From Macrostomum hystrix (taxonomy: Eukaryota; Animalia; Platyhelminthes): 64,000 nucleotides of DNA. Below are positions 1 through 12,499 of this stretch, piece by piece. The translations under genes were made by a program, and so were the position numbers. The notes beneath the pieces are model-generated. The model was given only the letters and a program-made list of their open reading frames with translations, was not told where the DNA came from and searched no databases. Every line of letters begins with the position of its first letter. The stretch's first letter is position 1. Where the stretch lies: positions 2,108,001 to 2,172,000 of the forward strand of contig CATNEN010000034.1 of assembly GCA_950097015.1 (NCBI GenBank), given 5' to 3'.

Positions 1-1163
1 AATGGCTAGTCTACAGATGCTAAAGGGGGTAAATGGCTAGTCTAAAGATACTAAAGGGGGTAAATGGCTAGTCCACATTTACTGAAGGGGGTAAATGGCT
101 AGTCCACATTTACTGAAAGGGGTAAATGGCTAGTCTACAGATACTAAAGGGGATTAATGGCTAGTCTACAGATACTAAAGGGGATTATGGCTAGTCTACA
201 GATACTAAAGGGGATTAATGGCTAGTCTACAGATAGTAAATGGGATTAATGGCTAGTCTACAGATACTAAAGGGGGTAAATGCGAGTCTACAGATACTAA
301 AGGGGATTAATGGCTAGTCTACAGATGCTAAAGGGGGTAAATGGCTAGTCTACAGATGCTAAAGGGGGTAAATGGCTAGTCTACAGATGCTAAAGGGGGT
401 AAATGGCTAGTCTACAGATGCTAAAGGGGGTAAATGGCTAGTCTACAGATGCTAAAGGGGGTAAATGGCTAGTCTACAGATGCTAAAGGGGGTAAATGGC
501 TAGTCTAAAGATACTAAAGGGGGTAAATGGCTAGTCTACAGATGCTAAAGGGGGTAAATGGCTAGTCTAAAGATACTAAAGGGGGTAAATGGCTAGTCTA
601 AAGATACTAAAGGGGGTAAATGGCTAGTCTAAAGATACTAAAGGGGGTAAATGGCTAGTCTACAGATACTAAAGGGGGTAAATGGCTAGTCCACATTTAC
701 TGAAGGGGGTAAATGGCTAGTCCACATTTACTGAAAGGGGTAAATGGCTAGTCTACAGATACTAAAGGGGATTAATGGCTAGTCTACAGATACTAAAGGG
801 GATTATGGCTAGTCTACAGATACTAAAGGGGATTAATGGCTAGTCTACAGATAGTAAATGGGATTAATGGCTAGTCTACAGATACTAAAGGGGGTAAATG
901 CGAGTCTACAGATACTAAAGGGGATTAATGGCTAGTCTACAGATACTAAAGGGGATTAATGGCTAGTCTACAGATACTAAAGGGGATTAATGGCTAGTCT
1001 ACAGATGCTAAAGGGGATTAATGGCTAGTCTACAGATACTAAAGGGGATTAATGGCTAGTCTAAAGATACTAAAGGGGATTAATGGCTAGTCTACAGATA
1101 CTAAAGGGGGTAAATGCGAGTCTACAGATACTAAAGGGGGTAAATGCGAGTCTACAGATACTA
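1..1163. repeat. 31-bp minisatellite (AATGGCTAGTCTACAGATGCTAAAGGGGGTA) in an intron of the ABCC gene
   Basis: Unit recurs with period 31 from base 1. It lies 3' of the GT donor at 1190 on the minus strand. Confidence 0.95.
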
Positions 1164-1190
1164 AATTAACGCTAATAGCGCTTTCATCAC

Positions 1191-2238
1191 CTGTAAGGAT
1201 TCGTAGCGAATCTTGGATCGCAGGATAATTATGGAGCAAAGCAGCTCGAGCAGCCAGAAGAGGAACAGGACACCGGACGAGTGCACCCCCTTGCGGTACT
1301 CGTAGTGCGTGATGAAGAGGCAGAGCAGCTGGAATGCGGAGCTATTGATGTGCTCAGCTGAATTTTAAGTGACGCAAAATTATTTCAAGTAGCGCACTCA
1401 CCAAAACCAGCAGCATCACAATGGGATAGACGTACATCACAGCCGGTGTGACCAGACCCTCGCCTGCGTCGCTAACAGCGCGAAAGAAGTCCATAATCAT
1501 TAGAATTAGCATGGGCAGAATGAGCACCTGAAGTTTGAAGAGGTATTGAGCTTGTTCTCTGGTCCGCCGCACAAAAAGTTCATGTTACAATAATAATATT
1601 TGCAGAGGATTCATTTCATTGGAGACAGCTTTTCATACACCATTCCGCTGAGCAAACACGCACATGGATACTGTACGCAGGCAGAAATTTGCACAGGTGT
1701 GTACGAGCGTACATCTGCCCCGTCTTTCTCTTCGTCAGGCAGAATACACTCTCACTGCGCCTTGGGGGTTGGGGCTTCTAAGGGCCAAAAAGTTGCACGA
1801 CAGCCTCCCAAGCCTTCTCTCCGCAGCTGCGCCCTAAAAGAATGTGGCCTCGCCGCGGATTCGAGCTCAGGAACAGCCACTGGAACTCACGCATTTGGCC
1901 ATGTTGAATAGGGAGACTTTGGCGCCGGCTTTGCTTGGCTGACGTCGCAGCTCTCGCAAACGAAAGGCCGAAACGCAGAGCAGAAACGCAGCAGGAATCC
2001 AGTGTAGCATTGTGTACTGGAAGCACAGCGTCAGGTCCGGATCATTGGTGTCTATGGTCAGCTCGTCCGCCTGAAATTGAGTTGTAAAAGCGTATACAAG
2101 CTCAGGGTGATCCCCATCTCAAGCTCCCCCAAGTCTCACCCAGAAGGCCCATTCCGGACTGGAGCTGCCGCACAGCGAGTCCCAATAGATTGCCGACGAA
2201 GTCAGCCGTTGGTCGGCTTCTGTCGTCGTTGACGACAT
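1191..2238 (-). CDS. ABCC1: ABCC/MRP1-like ABC transporter, N-terminal TMD0 exons (gene continues beyond window start)
   Basis: GT-AG exons, all phase 0: 2238-2140 (MSST...SLCGSSSPEWAFW), 2070-1891 (..NDPDLTLCFQYTMLHWIPAAFLL..SLFNMAKC), 1527-1402 (VLILPMLIL..VYPIVMLLVL), 1328-1191 (LLCLFITHYEYRKGVHSSGVLFLFWLLELLCSIIILRSKI). These match MRP1 motifs NPDFTKCFQNTVLVWVP and ERRKGVQSSGIMLTFW..ILRSKI. The exact paralogue (ABCC1/2/3) cannot be resolved. Confidence 0.88.
1669..1870. repeat. Dispersed repeat copy in ABCC intron 2, related to 61651-61790
   Basis: Shared blocks GATACTGTACGCAGGCA, TTGCACGAC, AAGCCTTCTCTCCGC.GCTGCGCC and GAATGTGGCCTCGCCGCGGA.TCGAGCTCAG occur at both sites. Confidence 0.7.
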
Positions 2239-2734
2239 CGCTGTACGAATGGAGTAGAACGACTTTTTGAAGGCTGTTGGCCAAGACTTCTAACAGACAA
2301 GTTCTAGCAAAGCAATTAGATATTGAGCAACACAGGCTAGCTATATTGTGACAAAAACGTTGGTCATTCTCAGTGCTGCTTATCAGTTCAGGGCAAGAGA
2401 CTCAATGCGCGATCAGCGCCTACTGAAGGCTTTCTTATCGGCAATTTAAGGTTGGCGCGGGCAACAGTCAATCGAGTGAAGAATACTCGGCGCGTTCTCT
2501 CGACAAAATCTATGCTTACGCAATGGACTTTGTGCGACTCAGTGCGATCGCTCGCAAGTTTGACCTTCTTTGAAACCCCATCTAATGCAATGGGGTATCA
2601 AGTCAATGATATTTATTCTCCTAATTGAACTTCAATTTCAATCATTAAGTACACCCAAAAACTTTCTAATAGTCCAGAAGAGAACGCTTTTTAAGATTTC
2701 TGTAACTTTTCATTTAGCTTCAACAGGAAAATAC

Positions 2735-5700
2735 CATGTTAATCCTTCAGTCTATGGCTCATAGCACATACTCTTCTGATCCGTCAGTCTATCATACTCT
2801 CCTGATCCTAAAGTCCATGGCCCATACTCTCCTGATCCTTCAGTCTATGGCCCATACTCTCCAGATCCTACAGTCCATGGCCCATACTCTCCTGATCCTT
2901 CAGTCTATGGCCCATACTCTCCAGATCCTACAGTTTATAGCCCACTCTCCTGATCCTTCAGTCTGTGGCCCACTCTCCTGATCCTTCAGTCTGTGGCCCA
3001 CTCTCCTGATCCTTCAGTCTATGGCCCATACTCTCCTGATCCTACAGTTCATAGCTCACTCTCCTGATCCTTCAGTCTGTGGCCCACTCTCCTGATCCTT
3101 CAGTCTGTGGCCCACTCTCCTGATCCTTCAGTCTGTGGCCCACTCTCCTGATCCTTCAGTCTGTGGCCCACTCTCCTGATCCTTCAGTCTATGGCCCATA
3201 CTCTCCTGATCCTACAGTTTATAGCCCACTCTCCTGATCCTACAGTTTATAGCCCACTCTCCTGATCCTTCAGTCTATGGCCCATACTCTCCTGATCCTT
3301 CAGTCTGTGGCCCATACTCTCCTGATCCTTCAGTCTGTGGCCCATGCTCTCCTGATCCTTCAGTCTGTGGCCCATGCTCTCCTGATCCTTCAGTCTATGG
3401 CCCATACTCTCCAGATCCTACAGTTTATAGCCCACTCTCCTGATCCTTCAGTCTGTGGCCCATGCTCTCCTGATCCTTCAGTCTATGGCCCATACTCTCC
3501 TGATCCTACAGTTTATAGCCCACTCTCCTGGTCCTTCAGTCTATGGCCCATACTCTCCTGATCCTTCAGTCTGTGGCCCATACTCTCCTGATCCTTCAGT
3601 CTGTGGCCCATGCTCTCCTGATCCTTCAGTCTGTGGCCCATACTGTCCTGATCCTTCAGTCTGTGGCCCACTCTCCTGATCCTTCAGTCTATGGCCCATA
3701 CTCTCCTGATCCCTTAGTCTATGGCCCATACTCTCCTGATCCTTCAGTCTATGGCCCATGCTCTCTTGATCCTTCAGTCTGTGGCCCATACTCGCCTGAT
3801 CATTCAGTCTATGGCCCATGCTCTCCTGATCCTTCAGTCTGTGGCCCATACTCTCCTGATCCTTCAGTCTGTGGCCCATGCTCTCCTGATCCTTCAGTCT
3901 ATGGCCCATACTCTCCAGATCCTACAGTTTATAGCCCACTCTCCTGATCCTTCAGTCTGTGGCCCATGCTCTCCTGATCCTTCAGTCTATGGCCCATACT
4001 CTCCTGATCCTACAGTTTATAGCCCACTCTCCTGGTCCTTCAGTCTATGGCCCATACTCTCCTGATCCTTCAGTCTGTGGCCCATACTCTCCTGATCCTT
4101 CAGTCTGTGGCCCATGCTCTCCTGATCCTTCAGTCTGTGGCCCATGCTCTCCTGATCCTACAGTTTATAGCCCACTCTCCTGATCCTTCAGTCTGTGGCC
4201 CACTCTCCTGATCCTTCAGTCTGTGGCCCATGCTCTCCTGATCCTTCAGTCTATGGCCCATACTCTCCAGATCCTACAGTTTATAGCCCACTCTCCTGAT
4301 CCTTCAGTCTGTGGCCCATGCTCTCCTGATCCTTCAGTCTATGGCCCATACTCTCCAGATCCTACAGTTTATAGCCCACTCTCCTGATCCTTCAGTCTGT
4401 GGCCCACTCTCCTGATCCTTCAGTCTGTGGCCCACTCTCCTGATCCTTCAGTCTATGGCCCATACTCTCCTGATCCTACAGTTTATAGCCCACTCTCCTG
4501 ATCCTTCAGTCTGTGGCCCATACTCTCCTGATCCTTCAGTCTGTGGCCCATGCTCTCCTGATCCTTCAGTCTGTGGCCCATGCTCTCCTGATCCTTCAGT
4601 CTATGGCCCATACTCTCCAGATCCTACAGTTTATAGCCCACTCTCCTGATCCTTCAGTCTGTGGCCCATGCTCTCCTGATCCTTCAGTCTATGGCCCATA
4701 CTCTCCTGATCCTACAGTTTATAGCCCACTCTCCTGGTCCTTCAGTCTATGGCCCATACTCTCCTGATCCTTCAGTCTGTGGCCCATACTCTCCTGATCC
4801 TTCAGTCTGTGGCCCATGCTCTCCTGATCCTTCAGTCTGTGGCCCATACTCTCCTGATCCTTCAGTCTGTGGCCCACTCTCCTGATCCTTCAGTCTATGG
4901 CCCATACTCTCCTGATCCCTTAGTCTATGGCCCATACTCTCCTGATCCTTCAGTCTATGGCCCATGCTCTCTTGATCCTTCAGTCTGTGGCCCATACTCG
5001 CCTGATCATTCAGTCTATGGCCCATGCTCTCCTGATCCTTCAGTCTGTGGCCCATACTCTCCTGATCCTTCAGTCTGTGGCCCGTGCTCTCCTGATCCTT
5101 CAGTCTATGGCCCATACTCTCCAGATCCTACAGTTTATAGCCCACTCTCCTGATCCTTCAGTCTGTGGCCCATGCTCTCCTGATCCTTCAGTCTATGGCC
5201 CATACTCTCCTGATCCTACAGTTTATAGCCCACTCTCCTGGTCCTTCAGTCTATGGCCCATACTCTCCTGATCCTTCAGTCTGTGGCCCATACTCTCCTG
5301 ATCCTTCAGTCTGTGGCCCATGCTCTCCTGATCCTTCAGTCTGTGGCCCATGCTCTCCTGATCCTTCAGTCTATGGCCCATACTCTCCAGATCCTACAGT
5401 TTATAGCCCACTCTCCTGATCCTTCAGTCTGTGGCCCATGCTCTCCTGATCCTTCAGTCTATGGCCCATACTCTCCTGATCCTACAGTTTATAGCCCACT
5501 CTCCTGGTCCTTCAGTCTATGGCCCATACTCTCCTGATCCTTCAGTCTGTGGCCCATACTCTCCTGATCCTTCAGTCTGTGGCCCATGCTCTCCTGATCC
5601 TTCAGTCTGTGGCCCATACTCTCCTGATCCTTCAGTCTGTGGCCCACTCTCCTGATCCTTCAGTCTATGGCCCATACTCTCCTGATCCCTTAGTCTATGG

Positions 5701-8700
5701 CCCATACTCTCCTGATCCTTCAGTCTATGGCCCATGCTCTCTTGATCCTTCAGTCTGTGGCCCATACTCGCCTGATCATTCAGTCTATGGCCCATGCTCT
5801 CCTGATCCTTCAGTCTGTGGCCCATACTCTCCTGATCCTTCAGTCTATGGCCCATACTCTCCTGATCCTTCAGTCTATGGCCCATACTCTCCTGATCCTT
5901 CAGTCTGTGGCCCATGCTCTCCTGATCATTCAGTCTATGGCCCATGCTCTCCTGATCCTTCAGTCTGTGGCCCATGCTCTCCTGATCATTCAGTCTATGG
6001 CCCACTCTTCTGATCCTTCAGTCTATGGCCCATACTCGCCTGATCATTCAGTCTATGGCCCATGCTCTCCTGATCCTTCAGTCTGTGGCCCATGCTCTCC
6101 TGATCCTTCAGTCTGTGGCCCATGCTCTCCTGATCATTCAGTCTATGGCCCATGCTCTCCTGATCCTTCAGTCTGTGGCCCATGCTCTCCTGATCATTCA
6201 GTCTATGGCCCATGCTCTCCTGATCCTTCAGTCTGTGGCCCATACTCTCCTGATCCTTCAGTCTGTGGCCCATGCTCTCCTGATCCTTCAGTCTATGGCC
6301 CATACTCTCCTGATCCTTCAGTCTATGGCCCATACTCTCCTGATCCTTCAGTCTGTGGCCCACTCTCCTGATCCTTCAGTCTGTGGCCCACTCTCCTGAT
6401 CCTTCAGTCTGTGGCCCATACTCTCCTGATCCTACAGTTTATAGCCCACTCTCCTGATCCTTCAGTCTATGGCCCATACTCTCCTGATCCTTCAGTCTGT
6501 GGCCCACTCTCCTGATCCTTCAGTCAATGGCCCATACTCTCCCGATCCTACAGTTTATAGCCCACTCTCCTGATCCTTCAGTCTATGGCCCATGCTCTCC
6601 TGATCCTTCAGTCTGTGGCCCATGCTCTCCTGATCATTCAGTCTATGGCCCATGCTCTCCTGATCCTTCAGTCTGTGGCCCATACTCTCCTGATCCTTCA
6701 GTCTGTGGCCCATACTCTCCTGATCCTTCAGTCTGTGGCCCATACTCTCCTGATCCTTCAGTCTGTGGCCCATACTCTCCTGATCCTTCAGTCTGTGGCC
6801 CATACTCTCCTGATCCTTCAGTCTGTGGCCCATGCTCTCCTGATCCTTCAGTCTGTGGCCCATACTCTCCTGATCCTTCAGTCTGTGGCCCATGCTCTCC
6901 TGATCCTTCAGTCTATGGCCCATACTCTCCAGATCCTACAGTTTATAGCCCACTCTCCTGATCCTTCAGTCTGTGGCCCATGCTCTCCTGATCCTTCAGT
7001 CTATGGCCCATACTCTCCTGATCCTACAGTTTATAGCCCACTCTCCTGGTCCTTCAGTCTATGGCCCATACTCTCCTGATCCTTCAGTCTGTGGCCCATA
7101 CTCTCCTGATCCTTCAGTCTGTGGCCCATGCTCTCCTGATCCTTCAGTCTGTGGCCCATGCTCTCCTGATCCTACAGTTTATAGCCCACTCTCCTGATCC
7201 TTCAGTCTGTGGCCCACTCTCCTGATCCTTCAGTCTGTGGCCCATGCTCTCCTGATCCTTCAGTCTATGGCCCATACTCTCCAGATCCTACAGTTTATAG
7301 CCCACTCTCCTGATCCTTCAGTCTGTGGCCCATGCTCTCCTGATCCTTCAGTCTATGGCCCATACTCTCCAGATCCTACAGTTTATAGCCCACTCTCCTG
7401 ATCCTTCAGTCTGTGGCCCACTCTCCTGATCCTTCAGTCTGTGGCCCACTCTCCTGATCCTTCAGTCTATGGCCCATACTCTCCTGATCCTACAGTTTAT
7501 AGCCCACTCTCCTGATCCTTCAGTCTGTGGCCCATACTCTCCTGATCCTTCAGTCTGTGGCCCATGCTCTCCTGATCCTTCAGTCTGTGGCCCATGCTCT
7601 CCTGATCCTTCAGTCTATGGCCCATACTCTCCAGATCCTACAGTTTATAGCCCACTCTCCTGATCCTTCAGTCTGTGGCCCATGCTCTCCTGATCCTTCA
7701 GTCTATGGCCCATACTCTCCTGATCCTACAGTTTATAGCCCACTCTCCTGGTCCTTCAGTCTATGGCCCATACTCTCCTGATCCTTCAGTCTGTGGCCCA
7801 TACTCTCCTGATCCTTCAGTCTGTGGCCCATGCTCTCCTGATCCTTCAGTCTGTGGCCCATACTCTCCTGATCCTTCAGTCTGTGGCCCACTCTCCTGAT
7901 CCTTCAGTCTATGGCCCATACTCTCCTGATCCCTTAGTCTATGGCCCATACTCTCCTGATCCTTCAGTCTATGGCCCATGCTCTCTTGATCCTTCAGTCT
8001 GTGGCCCATACTCGCCTGATCATTCAGTCTATGGCCCATGCTCTCCTGATCCTTCAGTCTGTGGCCCATACTCTCCTGATCCTTCAGTCTGTGGCCCGTG
8101 CTCTCCTGATCCTTCAGTCTATGGCCCATACTCTCCAGATCCTACAGTTTATAGCCCACTCTCCTGATCCTTCAGTCTGTGGCCCATGCTCTCCTGATCC
8201 TTCAGTCTATGGCCCATACTCTCCTGATCCTACAGTTTATAGCCCACTCTCCTGGTCCTTCAGTCTATGGCCCATACTCTCCTGATCCTTCAGTCTGTGG
8301 CCCATACTCTCCTGATCCTTCAGTCTGTGGCCCATGCTCTCCTGATCCTTCAGTCTGTGGCCCATGCTCTCCTGATCCTTCAGTCTATGGCCCATACTCT
8401 CCAGATCCTACAGTTTATAGCCCACTCTCCTGATCCTTCAGTCTGTGGCCCATGCTCTCCTGATCCTTCAGTCTATGGCCCATACTCTCCTGATCCTACA
8501 GTTTATAGCCCACTCTCCTGGTCCTTCAGTCTATGGCCCATACTCTCCTGATCCTTCAGTCTGTGGCCCATACTCTCCTGATCCTTCAGTCTGTGGCCCA
8601 TGCTCTCCTGATCCTTCAGTCTGTGGCCCATACTCTCCTGATCCTTCAGTCTGTGGCCCACTCTCCTGATCCTTCAGTCTATGGCCCATACTCTCCTGAT

Positions 8701-10100
8701 CCCTTAGTCTATGGCCCATACTCTCCTGATCCTTCAGTCTATGGCCCATGCTCTCTTGATCCTTCAGTCTGTGGCCCATACTCGCCTGATCATTCAGTCT
8801 ATGGCCCATGCTCTCCTGATCCTTCAGTCTGTGGCCCATACTCTCCTGATCCTTCAGTCTATGGCCCATACTCTCCTGATCCTTCAGTCTATGGCCCATA
8901 CTCTCCTGATCCTTCAGTCTGTGGCCCATGCTCTCCTGATCATTCAGTCTATGGCCCATGCTCTCCTGATCCTTCAGTCTGTGGCCCATGCTCTCCTGAT
9001 CATTCAGTCTATGGCCCACTCTTCTGATCCTTCAGTCTATGGCCCATACTCGCCTGATCATTCAGTCTATGGCCCATGCTCTCCTGATCCTTCAGTCTGT
9101 GGCCCATGCTCTCCTGATCCTTCAGTCTGTGGCCCATGCTCTCCTGATCATTCAGTCTATGGCCCATGCTCTCCTGATCCTTCAGTCTGTGGCCCATGCT
9201 CTCCTGATCATTCAGTCTATGGCCCATGCTCTCCTGATCCTTCAGTCTGTGGCCCATACTCTCCTGATCCTTCAGTCTGTGGCCCATGCTCTCCTGATCC
9301 TTCAGTCTATGGCCCATACTCTCCTGATCCTTCAGTCTATGGCCCATACTCTCCTGATCCTTCAGTCTGTGGCCCACTCTCCTGATCCTTCAGTCTGTGG
9401 CCCACTCTCCTGATCCTTCAGTCTGTGGCCCATACTCTCCTGATCCTACAGTTTATAGCCCACTCTCCTGATCCTTCAGTCTATGGCCCATACTCTCCTG
9501 ATCCTTCAGTCTGTGGCCCACTCTCCTGATCCTTCAGTCAATGGCCCATACTCTCCCGATCCTACAGTTTATAGCCCACTCTCCTGATCCTTCAGTCTAT
9601 GGCCCATGCTCTCCTGATCCTTCAGTCTGTGGCCCATGCTCTCCTGATCATTCAGTCTATGGCCCATGCTCTCCTGATCCTTCAGTCTGTGGCCCATACT
9701 CTCCTGATCCTTCAGTCTGTGGCCCATACTCTCCTGATCCTTCAGTCTGTGGCCCATACTCTCCTGATCCTTCAGTCTGTGGCCCATACTCTCCTGATCC
9801 TTCAGTCTGTGGCCCATACTCTCCTGATCCTTCAGTCTGTGGCCCATACTCTCCTGATCCTTCAGTCTGTGGCCCATGCTCTCCTGATCCTTCAGTCTAT
9901 GGCCCATACTCTCCTGATCCTTCAGTCTGTGGCCCATACTCTCCTGATCCTTCAGTCTGTGGCCCATACTCTCCTGATCCTTCAGTCTGTGGCCCATACT
10001 CTCCTGATCCTTCAGTCTGTGGCCCACTCTCCTGATCCTTCAGTCTGTGGCCCAAACTCTTTTGATCCTGCTCTTTAAGGCCCACTGTGCTGATCCTTCA
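2735..10100. repeat. ~7.3-kb 30/28-bp minisatellite (CTCTCCTGATCCTTCAGTCTGTGGCCCATA) with higher-order duplication
   Basis: Direct tandem periodicity. Rare variants recur 3014 bp apart (gtcaatgg at 6523/9537; cactcttctg variant unit at 6001/9015). Confidence 0.97.
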
Positions 10101-10494
10101 GTACTTTTACCAAATACGAGTATGTTGAAGAGATTTTTTAACTCGACAAAACACAGCCAAATATCCACAGCTGCTGTCAAAATATCTGACAGAAAAAAGT
10201 TTTGAAGCAAAAAACTGCAGTTTAAACGCATTACTTTAGGTTACATTCCTTTTGCAAGTTGTCGCAGTTTAAGCTATCAGCTTGAACAGAAGCATCGCTC
10301 TACATATCTTTTTCTCACAGAAAGGCACGGGGTTAGAGAGAATTGACCAAACTGTTTCAGCTGTCGCTATTTAACGTTGTGCAATTCTACTTCTTAAACC
10401 TTCAAGAGCATATTTTCATTTATCCATCCAGAATAGATAAGCGATTCGGTCTATTCCATCAAACAAGGCGTTTAGATTAGCAATGAATTCTATA

Positions 10495-11845
10495 TCGTCA
10501 TATCCGTAGGGGATAGATTGACAATCCATTCTATTCCTTCATATCCGTAGGGGATAGATTAGCAATCCATTCTATTCCTTCATATCCGTAGGGGATAGAT
10601 TAGCAATCCATTCTATACCTTCATATCCGTAGGGGATAGATTAGGAATCCATTCTATACCTTCATATCCGTAGGGGATAGATTAGCAATCCATTCTATTC
10701 CTTCATATCCTTAGGGGATAGATTGGCAATCCATTCTATTCCTTCATATCCGTAGGGGATAGATTGGCAATCCATTCTATTCCTTCATATCCGTAGGGGA
10801 TAGATTAGCAATCCATTCTATACCTTCATATCCGTAGGGGATAGATTGGCAATCCATTCTATTCCTTCATATCCTTAGGGGATAGATTGGCAATCCATTC
10901 TATTCCTTCATATCCGTAGGGGATAGATTGGCAATCCATTCTATTCCTTCATATCCGTAGGGGATAGATTGGCAATCCATTCTATTCCTTCATATCCGTA
11001 GGGGATAGATTGGCAATCCATTCTATACCTTCATATTCTTAGGGGATAGATTGGCAATCCATTCTATTCCTTCATATCCGTAGGGGATAGATTAGCAATC
11101 CATTCTATACCTTCATATCGTTAGGGGATAGATTGGCAATCCATTCTATACCTTCATATCCGTAGGGGATAGATTAGCAATCCATTCTATTCCTTCATAT
11201 CCGTAGGGGATAGATTAGCAATCCATTCTATACCTTCATATCCTTAGGGGATAGATTGCCAATCCATTCTATACCTTCATATCCGTAGGGGTTAGATTAG
11301 CAATCCATTCTATTTCTTCATATCCGTAGGGGATAGATTAGCAATCCATTCTATACCTTCATATCCGTAGGGGATAGATTAGCAATCCATTCTATACCTT
11401 CATATCCGTAGGGGATAGATTAGCAATCCATTCTATACCTTCATATCCGTAGGGGATAGATTAGCAATCCATTCTATTCCTTCATATCCGTAGGGGATAG
11501 ATTAGCAATCCATTCTATTCCTTCATATCCGTAGGGGATAGATTAGCAATCCATTCTATTCCTTCATATCCTTAGGGGATAGATTAGCAATCCATTCTAT
11601 ACCTTCATATCCGTAGGGGATAGATTAGCAATCCATTCTATACCTTCATATCCGTAGGGGATAGATTAGCAATCCATTCTATACCTTCATATCCGTAGGG
11701 GATAGATTAGCGATCCATTCTATACCTTCATATCCGTAGGGGATAGATTAGCAATCCATTCTATACCTTCATATCGGTAGGGGATAGATTAGCAATCCAT
11801 TCTTTACCTTCATATCGGTAGGGGATAGATTGGCAATCCATCATA
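10495..11845. repeat. 41-bp minisatellite (CCTTCATATCCGTAGGGGATAGATTAGCAATCCATTCTATA)
   Basis: GCAATCC recurs at 11341 and 11382; about 33 units. Confidence 0.95.
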
Positions 11846-11929
11846 TTCCATCAAAAGTTCCTTCAATTCCTTCAATTCGAACCATCCAAAGGATAATAAT
11901 TAGTGTCGAATTCTAGAATACTCGAGAAA

Positions 11930-12080
11930 TCAAAACAGGGTCAAATCTGAGAATCACGAGGATTCGTACCCTGGTCAAATCCAAGAATCATGAGAATTCT
12001 AGCCCTGGTCGAATCCGAGAATTATGAGGATTCGAACCAGTGTCAAATCCGAGAATCTTGAGGATTCGAACCAATGTCAA
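11930..12080. repeat. Degenerate copies of the 35-bp B-box-containing repeat
   Basis: GAGGATTCGAACCAGTGTCAAATCCGAGAA units resemble the array at 16405-16850. Confidence 0.75.
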
Positions 12081-12499
12081 CTTTTGGACTGTCAATTATT
12101 CGAGTCAGTGACATCTGACTTGTGCCTTTTCAGTCCTTTATTCAGATGAAAAATCATCAAATAGCATTTCCCAATCATTGGCACGAATCAAATCGATCAC
12201 TCAAAAAACCAGAAGCCACTTGCCTAGATTATGCTCCCATCGCGTTTATCGCCATATCAAAACTAAGCAGTTTCTCTCAATTGTCTCTATTAAAAATACT
12301 ATTTTTCAGCATAAAACGAACCGGCGCGTGACAGCTCACAATGGCTGATATCTGCCGAGATTAACTCGTGTATCATTCTCGTATTTATTAATCTAGATTT
12401 GATTCTAATCTAGTCATTCACTGATTAGGTTAACTGGTTCACTTTATTTGATTAAATGAAAAAGTGAGGAGACACAGAAGAAAAAGAGGGAAGAGAAAG

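Noticed and set aside
2736-10085. Dozens of ORFs with MAHTLLILQS / GPYSPDPSV / MGHRLKDQES repeats
   Set aside because: They are translations of the 30-bp minisatellite in several frames and both strands, with no unique domain or splice context.
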